Of a stretch of 64,000 nucleotides of DNA, positions 44,701 through 56,832 are shown piece after piece (the first letter of the stretch is position 1; the number at the start of each line of letters is the position of its first letter). This stretch comes from Hormiphora californensis (lineage: Eukaryota; Animalia; Ctenophora): the NCBI GenBank assembly GCA_020137815.1, contig CM035352.1, positions 5,704,001-5,768,000 on the forward strand, in the 5' to 3' direction. The notes beneath the pieces were generated by a model. It saw only the letters and a program-made list of their open reading frames with translations, made no database searches and was not told the origin of the DNA. A program made the translations under genes and the position numbers.

Positions 44701-47700
44701 CAGAGAGAGGAGGAGGAAGAGGAAGATAGTGAGGAAGAAGAGTCTGATGAGGAGGAAGGTGAGAGAGAGAGAGAGGGAGAAAGAGAAATTACTACTACAG
44801 GGTGTCCTATCCAGGTATAGATCATAAAAGGGGCTGAATAATTCATTATCTAGGAGATATCAATATCACCTCCCCTTTCCAGAAGCTGGCTGGAAGCAAG
44901 CTGCTGACGGTGATGCCACCCCCGTCGATATGTTCTCTGGTGTGTTCCACGACCAGGGAGAAATGACGGGACAATCTTTATCTGACCGACAACCCTCCAC
45001 CCCTCCCGCCTCTATTGACAGGGAGGGACGGGGACGGAGGAAGCGCTCTGAGCACAAACTGGGTTAGTACTGCAGTTCTAAAGATAAGAAGTAGTATAAT
45101 TATACTACCACCACCATCCCTTAACCACCCCACCCTCCCCCTAACCACCACATCCTCTCCTAACCACTCCATCCTCACCTACAGCTGGAGTCCAGTACGA
45201 GCCAACAGAGGATGGCAAGAAGAGACTCTCCACTGCTACCTCCTTCTTCTCTCGACTGGGAGTTGCGGAGGACAGTCAGGATGTGGTAGAGAAACCTAAA
45301 TACGCCTACGAGGAGGACCCCACTCTGGCAGAGGAGTGTGATATTAGAGAGGATGACTTCTTCTCCTTTAGAGACAAGGCTGCGATCCATGAGGCAGAGT
45401 ACAGATACCCTGTCAACGAGAGACTGCCAACACCCCTCTTCTCACCCCCTGATACACCTGATTCTATTCCTGATTCTCTGGCCCCTACCCCGGTCAGCAA
45501 GTTGTTCTTGGCAGATGCCTTCATGGACATTAGGGAGGAGTGGCTGACAATGACCGCTAACGAGGCCATGATCAATATCACTCAGGAGAGTGTCCCTGGT
45601 AGGAACAATTCCTCAGATATCCCTTTTTCTATCTTGTGTAATATCCACTTCTCCCGTCCCCTCAACTATAGATCCACTCAGCTTCCATTTTATTACAGGA
45701 TCTCGCAAGCAGAAGGTCCAGTTGCACCCCGGCGACATCCGATTCACGGACGGTGGTGACTATAGCAGCACCAAGGATTTCCGAGGAGAAAAGGTCAAAA
45801 TAGATACCTACGGTCTATCTCATCAAGAGAAGGGTAGGTACTCAATTCTCTGAACTGTGCTACATTTTCTGCTGTCCCCCTGCTCCTTTATAATCACAAC
45901 CATCCCCTTCAGAGCTGTTCGGAGAGAGAACCAGTATTGTATCCCCTACTGAACTGTGTGAGAAAGAGAACTTCTACAGGGTCCTCCAGTCTAGCTCAGG
46001 ACGACCAGGAAATAAACAAATTGAGGATGATCTCTCCTTCGCTCAGAAGCTCCAAGCCAAGGAGAAACTGCAGGACAAGCAGAAAGAGTTCTATGAACCA
46101 ACTAGACCATATGTCAGTGAGGCTGAGGTCCAGAAACTGGGATTCGCACCTCGTAAGTCTAATGATGATAAAATTCCTTCAGTCGTGATAATTATTACAG
46201 TTACCAACCCATACCTTGTTGAGTAAGGGGTGTTACTCCACCCCTTACTGAACAACGCAGCAATTCATTGACGTATCTTGTGACCAGGTGAGGTACCTCT
46301 GAGGAGCACTAAAGGTAAGGAGAAGGCCACCAAGAAGAAGGGCCTGAAGACCCTTACAGAGGAGAGCGAGAAGGAGATGTCATTCTACGAGAAGTCTCTA
46401 AAGAAGGGAGCCAAGAAGGAGGTTGATAATGAGAGAGATCAAATGAGCTTCAGGGATAAACTCCAGAGCAGGTACAGTTAGACATCCTAGCCCCACTTCA
46501 GTGAGGTACAAATACAAATAAAGAAGAGTCTTTGTCTCTCTAGCTGAGAAAGACTTAATACTTGAGGAGAGAGAGACTCAGTAGTCTTTCTGTTCTATAG
46601 CGTATATCGTCAATTGTTCAGCCCTGAGGTGTGAATTCCTGTTGAGATCACCGTTATTTCCCCACCAGGGACTACAAGAGAGAGCCCATCAAGATGGGGC
46701 TCAGTGAGCTCCAACCGGTTGATGAAGACATCTTCGATCTCCTGGAGTCTGCCAGTAAGAACAAGTGTAACCGAGGTCGTATGATGTCCGAGAACAGGGC
46801 CCCCGCTCTAATCAGCACCAAGGGACACTTTGCTGGTACTGGTGGTGCTAGTGGCATGTTCCGAGAGACAGAGTGGAGTAGCTACTTTGATTATGATGAA
46901 GATGACATGATGGAGTACGGTGGAGGGAAGAATTATACAGATGATGATGACGATGTTTATGGTGGAAATCTGTTCAGCTTCAGGGAACAACTAGCACGTC
47001 ACAAGGGCGGCTCTGTCCATGAGGTAGGTTACACGTGTCAAATACTATATTCAGTGCTTCCCTCCTTTTTGAGATCATTTTCTGCCCACCACTCGACTCC
47101 AGACCCACTTATTGACACCCCTCTCTCTCCTTCTCCTCAGGGTGTGAAGGTGACCCCTGCTGGATATGATTCCAGGAACTATCTTGAGTCCCCTGCCCCT
47201 GTTGCAAACAGAAGCGATGAGACTGAATACAAAATCAAGGGAGGAATTGAGAAGAACAAGGGACGATTCTGTAAGTTGTAGTTGTAACTTCAAACAGTCA
47301 CAACGAGTCACGTAATACGCGTGTCAAGGATTCAGTGTACTAACCACTCCTAACCCCATCTCCAGATGATGACGGTGTAGACCTGGTTTCCCCTAACCAC
47401 CTGGTCGAGGAGGCTCTTGACCGAGGTTTTGGTGGCCGGGGTGCTGGTGATGACCACTCAGATGATGATCAGGTAGCTAGGGAAAAGAAAGAGGCTGCCA
47501 GGAAGCACTACGGTATTGATGGGGGTGAAGATGATATTGCTAGGCAGAAGGAACAGAATAAACAGAGGAAGACCCCTGCAACAAAGAGTGAGCGATCTAC
47601 CTCACCAACCGCATCAGGTACCTGATAGTCTCAGATGGTGTTATATCAATAATCTTGGGATAGAATTCTCGAGAGTTTCTAATGCACGCATCATTCTATT

Positions 47701-50700
47701 GCTACTCTTACATGTACAGGGCGAAGGGCTCATCACCACCAAGGAGAGCGGTCCTCTCATGAAATAAGGGGTCGTGATATAGTCGAGGGTAGCCCCACTT
47801 CTTTTGTCTCTGAAGGTACCATTGAACTCACTCCCTTTTCTTTGCATGAAAAAAAGGAACTTTTGAACCGAAAAATAAAGGCTTTTTCCTGGCGCTTATT
47901 TCTCTTCTAACTCGTCCCTCTTTTCAACTCTTGTCCCCTCTCTCCAGAGGAAAGGCTACGGTTTGGGTTTGAGCATACTATTGCCGTTGATGGTGCAAAG
48001 TCTGACAAAGGTACTTCAGTGGGCCCATATTTTCTAGCAAAAACATACCCCTCCCGGCATAAGCATACAGAACACAATTGCTTTGGCATACCAGCAGCAG
48101 AAGATTTTTTTTGCATGAAGAAAAAAAAGACCCTCGTTCATACTATTCACCCCCATTAAACCGTTCATTAAACAACTCTTTCTCTTTGCTTTAGCATCCC
48201 GACAACACTCTCGAGATCAATCCAGACAGCACGACCAGAGGTCATCTCGAGACCAATCCAGACAGCACGACCAGAGGTCATCTCATGATCAATCCAGACA
48301 GCACGACCAGAGGTCATCTCGAGACCAACACCATCGTGAAGGAGGACATGGTTAGTTGCATGAAACTAGTCGCCCACTTTGTTACATAAAAATTCACAAT
48401 TCTTGAGCATGAAAAAAGTTGCCCTCTTTTTGATTCCATAAAAACCTCACCAATATCTTTTATCAACATCTCAGGGGTAGGTCGTTATGACAACCAACCT
48501 AGTAAGTCCTCGGAGCAGTACTACCGTACAGGCAATGTACAGAGCAGTTCAGCTGGACATGCTCGTGGTGGAAAGAGCGGAGCTATGAAGGATTGGGATC
48601 AAAGTGGATATTCTGGTGACAGGAAAGACAGGAGTGGAGACAGGAGAGGCAGGAGTGGAGATAGAAGAGACAGGAGCGGAGACAGGAGAGGCAGAAGTGG
48701 AGATAGGAGTGGAGACAGGAGAGGCAGGAGTGGAGACAGAAGAGACAGGAGCGGAGACAGGAAAGACATGGGTGGAGACAGGAAAGACAGGAGTGGAAAC
48801 AGAAGAGATAGGAGCGGAGACAGGAAAGGCATGAGTGGAGACAAAAGAGACAGGAGTGGAGACAGGAGAGGCAGAAGTGGAGACAGGAGTGGAGACAGGA
48901 GTGGAGACAGGAGAGGAGACAGGAGAGACAGGAGTGGAGACAGAAGAAGGGACGGCGAAGAAAGGAGTGGAGACAGGAGGGGAGACAGGAGGGGAGACAG
49001 GAGAGGAGATGAAGAAAGGAGGGGAGATGAAGAGAGGAGGGATGGTGAAGAACCAAGGAGGGGCGACCAGAGCAGTCATTACATTGACGGAGCACTTCAC
49101 TACCTGAAAGGACATCAACACTACCATCATGGACTGGACCCCCACCAACCAGGTCCGAAATGGAACATTTTATCAAAAAGACAAAACTATTTTCCATAAA
49201 AAATATGCACCTTTCTTTTCCATTATTTTTTGCTTGAAAATAACTTCTCTAGATCAGCATTAATTACACAGCTGTCAAATTGGAAGAGCATATTTAGTTA
49301 GTAGGTAGGTCGGTTTACAGCACAAAGTTAACAAGCACAACTAATAGTTAACATCAGTAGTTGAGAAAAGCACAAACACCCACAAGCCTTCAACTACCCC
49401 ATTTCTTAGCATTCAGACTACCCCATTTCTTAGCATTCAATCTCACTCACTCTTATTAGACGCTCAAGTTGAGGACAGGGAAAGAAAGGCGGCTCAAAAA
49501 TCACCTCGTTCAGAAGGTAGAGACAGCTCCCTAAATTTGTTAAAAACATTTAAACTGCGATTTAAGCCCTCTCTCTGAACCACACTTCCTCTTTACAGCA
49601 AGCCTCGAAGCAGATCTCAACTGGAACCTAGATCGAACCCATGTAAAAACATCGAAAAGTAAGCTGACAAGAATCTTTTAAACGCGTAGAACTGCAGTAG
49701 AACTAAAGCCTGTTTTGGCATGCTGAGCATGTTACCCCTACAGTACAGTACTTTTATAAAGATTCTAACACGATAACTCAGGTGCCCGAAACTCCAAGTC
49801 TGGATCTGCCTTCTTCGAGGCAATGGGCCGGGAAGATGCTGCTGACGATAGCCCCTTCCTTCCCCCCATCACCCCAAAACAACAGAAGAAACAACCCACC
49901 TCCAAATCATTTGTTGTTAGCAAGGAGATTGCTACCCAGATCACTGCTGATGCTCTAGTGCCCCAGCAGCCCCTTGGTGACTTCTGGGTCAACAAGGATA
50001 CCGTCCTAAACAGGCCTAGTGATCCTTATGCAGACATCGCACTTAGGGTGAGTGGGGGGTGAGTTGTCTTTTACCCCTAACCCCGCCCTTTTTCACACCC
50101 CTAACCCTGTCCCCCTAGTCCCCTAACACCCGTCCCCTTCTTCCAGGCCCCAGTGAGCCAGCAGAGGTTCTACCAGGAGGAGGACCGACCTGCCACCTTC
50201 AGGTCGACCTTTACCGCCGCAACCGAGACCCAGGAGACTATGAGAATGTAGGTTGTTGCTGAATAAGAATGAAATGCCCCTAGACACAGCCGCTAACAAC
50301 TAAACTAACGGCCCCCACACATCTACCCTCTCTCCCTACAACCCCCTCACCTCTACCCCCTCCAGGCCCCTACAACCCCCCTCATCTCTACCCCTCCCCC
50401 TATAACAACCCCCCTCTCCCATACTAGGCCCAAGTTTGAGCAGCTCTCTGATAATGAGGATGGTGATGATGGTATGCCTGATGTATACTCTCGTCTCACT
50501 GACAGCAAGGCTTATAAACAGAGTGGTCTGGCTGTGGATGTGTGGGCACAGCGAACTGGTATGTTTGTCTGTATTTACCCACTCCCTCTCTGACGTCTAT
50601 AGACCTGTCAGGCCACTGCTCTGACAGCTCTAGTCTCTACCAAGACATGGTTCCTATTTCATACACCATCTCTATTTCTAATGATCCACTTCTACCAGAT

Positions 50701-51670
50701 ATATCCTTCACTGTGCTGCTGTACCTGAAGAAGAACATCGGTATCAACTGGAAGAGGGCTGGTCAGTACCTGGGTGTCTCAAGGGAGCGACTGAGGAGGA
50801 TCGAGGATGTCGGAATTGCCAACCCCAAATCTGGTACGTGATATCAACAACTACTAGTTGGTATTCATTATCTGTCCCTGATTATCGCCTATCGGCACTA
50901 CTTTGTATAACACCACCACCCTCCACCCAGGTATTGAAAAGATGGCACAGGACATGCTATTCGAGTGGGCTGAGAAGGATCCCCAACCAACAGTTGCTAA
51001 ACTGTGTACCGCCCTCGAGGCTGCTGATCTCTCTAAACTCTCACAGGGAGTCTATGAGAGGGTCAACAAAGGTCAGTAGATAGATTTGAGAACCAGGCTG
51101 ACTGCTCAAAACAACCTACTAGTAATATAATAGATTGAAATTGTGTACTTTTGTTATACAAGCAGTAGTCAGAACTAACCCTTCCCTTTTTACAGAGAAA
51201 CAGCCACGAAAGAAGAAGGGAGCCAAGAAAGGAAGAAAGAAGGTTGATGACCCAGTGAAGGTTCCTATTTCTGAGGAGACAATCCCCTACAGGGTCATGG
51301 TATATCTGAAGGATAACTTGGGAGAGAGCTGGAAGGATGTGGCTGTGTGTCTCAAGGTCCCCTCACCAAGGATCAAATCTATTGAAGCTGATGCCTGGCA
51401 GGTAAGAACTTACAACATTGATTAGAATGTTATTTTTGTTTTCGACTCAGCAGGTATATCGTACCCACCAGACCAAGTCAAACTCACCACCCCCTCCCTT
51501 GTTAGGTTGAGAAAATGGCCTACGATATGTTGCACGAGTGGAGGCAGAGAGAGAAGGAATATGCAACTGTTGACCGCCTGATCGAGGCCCTGGAGAGAGC
51601 TCAATGCAAGAAACTTGTAAAGGGAGTTCAGGCTCGATGTCAGAGCTACCACTTCAGGATTGCAGCATAA
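41757..51670 (+). CDS. Large multi-exon gene: ZnMc (astacin/MMP-like-3 type) metalloprotease-like domain with HQxxHxxGxxH, long charged disordered region, two C-terminal Death domains
   Basis: Exons 43021-44700 encode W..LPQLLVKFM...VMDVAKEWENHAGLQI...AQIRVQF...IGTDAEDIPDHKATMF...RRVLHQFGHALGFYHE...VEWD...FDRLSIMTLPF...LSVDDKALVKHLYP. Exons 50698-51670 encode two Death domains (IGINWKRAGQYLGVS...MLFEWAEKD..TVAKLCTALE; LGESWKDVAVCLKVP...MLHEWRQRE..ATVDRLIEALE). The intervening exons are on the same strand, but continuity as one gene is inferred. Confidence 0.7.
48615..49070 (+). repeat. Coding low-complexity repeat (RSGDRRD/RRGD)n
   Basis: Purine-rich 12/21-bp units AGGAGTGGAGAC...; translation SGDRKDRSGDRRGRSGD...RRGDEERRGD. 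Confidence 0.85.
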
Positions 51671-52439
51671 TTTATTAAAACCGGACTTTTATTTTTCCCC
51701 AGTCTTCTTAAAATCAAAATGATAGTGTATTAAGTTGATTCAAGCATTCCAACATAGTAAAACTCCGTGTATTAAACTGTAAGGGGCTGAAATGGACCGT
51801 TGAAGCTATTAAACAAACAAGGTTGTTCCACAAGCAGAAGTGGGCGGGGTGGAACTGACAGAGACAGTTGTGTGCCGCGCGCGATGCATCCTTGCCGCTC
51901 ATCGCGCGCTGTCTCCTGTACTTGAAACATTCGGCGGGAGCGGCAGAGAGACAATTGCCATTATTGTCACACATTCTCCATAGCTCAAAACAAGGGACAC
52001 TCGCCGATTCCAAATGCCGAATCTCGGGGATGGTTGTGTGCTTTGTGGCTACTACCAGGTAGGCCTTCGAATAAACAGGAAACAACAAATTACACGTGTA
52101 CTGCATTGGCTAGTTTTATGAAGGAGCACTGTTAAAACTGCCGAGTAACGGACATCACGCTTTATGTTTAACATCTGACGACGGAGAGAAACTCAGTCCT
52201 TATCACCAAAGACGTCACTAAAGAAAACCAGAACAAAAGATGTTCACACCGGACATCATCTTGTTGTACCCCTACTCGTCCGGGCACTCTCGATCGTCAA
52301 GAAAACCCCAACAAATACCAGACAATCAAGAAATCCAAGATAACAAAGACAAGATGTTCACACCTGACATCGTCCTACTGTCCGTATCCCTACTGGCCCC
52401 AGAAATCATCATGGTGCTTGGATCCATCCATATCGGAAG

Positions 52440-52880
52440 GACGTGACCATCAAGGCAAACAGTGCCAGATTGATCCGCACTTGGAATATGGGACAACCCC
52501 TTAGAAAAATGTTTCCTCGACATCAGAGTGTTCAATTCAAGAGCTCCAACGAACAGTTCAAAACCAGTGGAGACAACGTTGAGGAGACACGAGGAGGAAA
52601 AGAAGAGGAACTATATGGACCGGGTAATTCAGGTGGAGAAGGCCACCTTCACACCTGTAGTATTCTCCACTTCTGGTGCAATGGGTGATGACGCGGATAG
52701 ACTGTACAAACAAATTGCAAAAATTCTCAGTGTCAGAAACAAAACACCTATGCTGATACAATTCGCTACATCAGACAAAGGCTAGCTTTTTGCCTTTTGA
52801 AGACGACCGTCATCAGTCTTAGAGGATACCGAGGGAGGCGTCCATGTCGAGTGGATGACAGTGTGGACTACAACCTGCTT
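52440..52880 (+). mobile_element. Degenerate 3' fragment of a CRE/SLACS-like (restriction-like endonuclease) non-LTR retrotransposon
   Basis: Frameshifted translation CFLDIRVFNSRAPTN...LRRHEEEKKRNYMDRVIQVEKATFTPVVFSTSGAMG...LLKTTVISLRGYRG matches the RLE C-terminal motif (HE.EK...Y...V...FTPLVFSTSG.MG). Confidence 0.75.
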
Positions 52881-53474
52881 TATCTCAAGTAGAGGAAGAA
52901 GACAAAAATTTGATTGTTATCCTTTTTTAATAATTCCCCCCCCCCCCCCAAAAACGATTGATCCGCATGTATCAAGCTGACCTTGAACAGGGGAAGATTG
53001 TGGCCGAAAATGGAAGACTGATCTCAATGAACATCATAAAACGAGTCACTTCTGGACTGGAAAGACTGCGGCCAGTTGTGGAGTTGGAACTGAGGATGAA
53101 GACACCAGTCTTCCATTCTTCGATTGAAGATGATTCCAGATGATTCCAGATGCCCTCTTCTGTGTTTCTCTCTGTCCAAGTGATCTGATTAAATAAGAAC
53201 TCTCAGTCCAGAAGGCTAGGTACAAATCAGACTGTGATACCCAAAATGTTAGACTGTTCAAAACACGATAGTTAACTGGGACAAATAATTATGTATTTAG
53301 TACATGGTATCACTGAACTGGTAACAATAAATAAAATCCCCCATTATATATAATATCAGACAGAATAACAAAAAACAGTCTCACAAATAACAACCCAATA
53401 TTATACAGGCAGTGCCTTACCTAATCTGACTTATCTCAAAGTGGGACGCAAAATAATAAAAGTTACTACAGTCT

Positions 53475-56106
53475 TTATCGTATACTAAACGAGCCTCTTG
53501 CATCAAAAAACTCGTCATGCCTTCTGTTAGTTATTTGGGCTGCGATCTGCTCATAAGGTGGAGGAGATTGTAAACTTCTCTCAAATATCTCAGTCCTATC
53601 TAGTACCTCGGCGAAGGATACTTGTTTCTTGAGCCGTCTCTTCCTTACCACTCTGTCCTGGGTAACGTTCCTGAGAGCTGAGCGGCGTAGTGGTGATCTT
53701 TGGGTGTCCTGAGGGAGGGAGAGGGGTGTTAAACTTAGTAAGCAGAGCAAGAAACGCAATATAACAGCACTGAACGAAGCCTCTGTGAGGATGGGAACTG
53801 ACACATTCGCTCCAGGGGACAACTACGAAGCGCCCGTATGTCAATGCTCTCAGAAAATCCCAGAATACGCTCGAAACTTTCCTTGCTGAGAGCCTGGAAA
53901 GGATGACACTGATTTGTTGTGCGAGAGTACGTGTTCTAAATGGTTTTATGAAGGAGCAGCGTCAAATAACGACCCTGGATTCGGAGGAAAAAATTCTGAA
54001 ACGGAACGCGCTCGACTCCTGGGAAAGTGTCGGCACCTTAAACGGACACGGCTGAAATCAGTGTTTGAAGGAGTAGCTTTGATAGCGTTAACTAAACAAT
54101 ATCAATGGCACTGGGCCTTTTCTACATCGCTAAGACAGTTCGAGGAGCTAGTGATAGATTTGGAGCAGGGAAAAGCTGTAGCAGATGGTGCCGCAGTGAT
54201 TTCTAATGACATCAAAAAGAGACTGGAAATGCTTGTAACCTCTATCGGAAAACTGGAAAAAGTAGTGACACATGAACTGCAGAAGAAGCGTCCTACGTTC
54301 GCAATCACTGAAACCCAGACTATAGCCGACACGGCAGACTCCTTTACTTCTACAGAAACGAATCCTGTACTGAGCCCCCGTGTTGTGCAAGATATAATGG
54401 AACTAGGGACAAAGAAATCTTCTAGTTCTATGGAAACAGTGATTTGGGTTGGCCCACCCAGTCTAGTACAGAGCGAGGCAACACGGGACAGGAGAAGAGA
54501 AGCAGGTAAGTCGGAAGAACGTGTCCGTTTGTCTCATGAGGCGCCTCATGAGGCCTCATGAGACATTTTCAGCTGTTTTAGTGCCTCATGAGGCCTCATG
54601 AGACCTCATGAGGCGCCTCATGAGGCACTCATGAGGCCTCATGAGGCCTCATGAGACACTGCTCATGAGGCCTCATGAGACATGTGCCTCATCCCGACTT
54701 TGTTTTGATGTCTCATGAGGCCTCATGAGCAGTTTTGACATGAGGCATGTCTCATGAGGCCTCATGAGGCATATCTCATGACACCTTAGAGTTAGTATAG
54801 CCATAGGGTTAAGGCTAGGGTTAGAGTTAGGACCGGGTTTCGGTTCCAGTTAGGAGTACGAACCTAACCACTAAGCCCTAACCACTAAGCCTAGGGGTTA
54901 ACCCCAACCAATAGGCGTAGGCCTAGAAGTCTATCCTTAACCCTAACACTAACCCTAACCTTAATCCTAATACCAACCTAAAGTTAGGGTTAGGATTAGT
55001 GTAATTGGGTTAAGGATTGAACCCTAGGCCTTGGACCTAGGTTTATCATATTGTCATAAAAGTTTGGGGTTAACCCCTAGGCCTAGTGGTTAGGCTCGTA
55101 CCCCTAACTGGAACTGAAACCCGGTGCTAACTCTAACCCTAGCCTTAACCCTATGGCTATACTAACTCTAAGGTGTCATGAGATATGCCTCATGAGACAT
55201 GCCTCATGTCAAAACTGCTCATGAGGCCTCATGAGACATCAAAACAAAGTCGGGATGAGGCACATGTCTCATGAGGCCTCATGAGCAGTGTCTCATGAGG
55301 CCTCATGAGGCCTCATGAGTGCCTCATGAGGCGCCTCATGAGGTCTCATGAGGCCTCATGAGGCACTAAAACAGCTGAAAATGTCTCATGAGGCCTCATG
55401 AGGCGCCTCATGAGTGCCTCATGAGGTCTCATGAGGCGCCTCATGAGGCCTCATGAGACAAACGGACACGTTCTTCCGACTTACCGAGAAGCAAATACTC
55501 ATTTTGGTGCAGAACAATACCACAAACCATCTCAAGGAGACTTTGTTGAACCTAACTCTGAACTACCAGCTACCATCGAAGAATCTAGCAAGTACCTAGC
55601 TCGCCACATCCAGGATGAGAACTACCACCTCAAATATCAATTTCATCCGCTACATCCCCGCTCACAAGTAGCAAGTCTCCTATTGTAGAGGATAATGTCC
55701 CTGGTTCTCAAATTGAGCAACCTTCAACTGAGTCAGATTATGTTATGATATTTCTTGGTTCCGAATACAAGGACACCTGTTTATCTTGTTACAACATAAT
55801 CTTACTATATACTATATAATGCAAAAACACCCAAAACTTGATCCCACCCATGCATGTTTGGTGGTCCCTAAATCGTCGTCATCAAGATCAGATCACATCA
55901 CCCAACATGCATGATCAGATCACCCTACTGAGGATCATATCCCCCCACCCAAGATTAGATCATCCCAGTGAGTATCAGATCATCCCAGTGGTTATCAGAT
56001 CCCACATTTCACCCAGCAGTCCACTGTGCGTGATGAGATCCCCATATAGAGTAGAAAATAGACAAAGACGACAGAGAAATTGAGATAGAAATTGAGATAG
56101 AAATGA

Positions 56107-56173
<67 letters not shown>

Positions 56174-56177
56174 GAGG

Positions 56178-56223
<46 letters not shown>

Positions 56224-56829
56224 CAGAAGGAGACAGAAGGAGAGAGACAGACAGACAGAGACAGAGACAGAGAGACATGCAGACATACAGACAGAGAGAC
56301 ACATAGACAGAGAAACAGAGCGATACGAAAAACGAGGAATTTCCTGTTTTTAGTTTAGTGTACGTCGCTTGAGTAATCAATTAATTGTAAGCCATCCGTA
56401 GGATGGCCTGGGTCCACTAGTTTAAACAATGAACTTACGTCTAAGTAGGAATCAGTAGCGAGAGTTTTTGATAGGGAGGTCCACTTGTTGAATTGGTCGA
56501 CCCGTGACCACACATCACCTGCTCTAGAGGGTGGCACTTGTGGAGGTGAGGGCAAATCAGCCACATTTATCTGAGAAGAAGAGAGAGTATGTAGAAGTGG
56601 AGGGAAGGGTATCATGACTGGGATTGGAATTACAACAGAAGACCGAGGTTAAAATCGAATGACATGTCTTGCTCACCTGATGATCGAGTGTGGTAGATGA
56701 GGCGCATTTAGTTCGGGGTGTTGGTAATGAGGAGTCCCAGGTACGGGGTTGCATGTTGGATTGTTGGAGAATACCAGTCATATCAAGTAGGGCCATCTCG
56801 CTGACATTAGCATTCTCCTTGTCTTCCAT
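53475..56829 (-). CDS. 172-aa largely disordered protein with KEN box, D-box-like, RVxF and FFAT motifs; exons 56829-56677, 56570-56439, 53708-53475
   Basis: Three phase-0-compatible GT-AG junctions. Motifs: MEDKEN..., RSALRNVT, LKKQVSF, HDEFFDA. The 2.7-kb intron 2 is an inference from phase compatibility. Confidence 0.6.
53914..55688 (+). pseudogene. Probable degenerate repeat-derived ORF, split by a foldback element; paralogous fragment at 52958-53143
   Basis: DLEQGKAVADGAAVISNDIKKR...VVTHELQKKRPTF aligns with DLEQGKIVAENGRLISMNIIKR...VVELELRMKTPVF at 52958. The frame resumes (REA|NTHFG...) when 54505-55493 is removed. Confidence 0.45.
54505..55485. mobile_element. Non-autonomous foldback DNA transposon (981 bp), GGTA...TACC ends, 8-bp TSD, CTCATGAGG micro-repeats, telomere-like core; Merlin-like
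   Basis: TIRs GGTAAGTCGGAAGAACGTGTCCGTTTGTCTCATGAGG / CTCATGAGACAAACGGACACGTTCTTCCGACTTACC; TSD GAGAAGCA at 54497-54504 and 55486-55493. Confidence 0.9.
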
Positions 56830-56832
56830 GTT

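Noticed and set aside
48900-49070. Multiple RGD tripeptides as integrin ligands
   Set aside because: They lie in an R/G/D low-complexity tract of a probably cytoplasmic Death-domain protein, where RGD is expected by composition.
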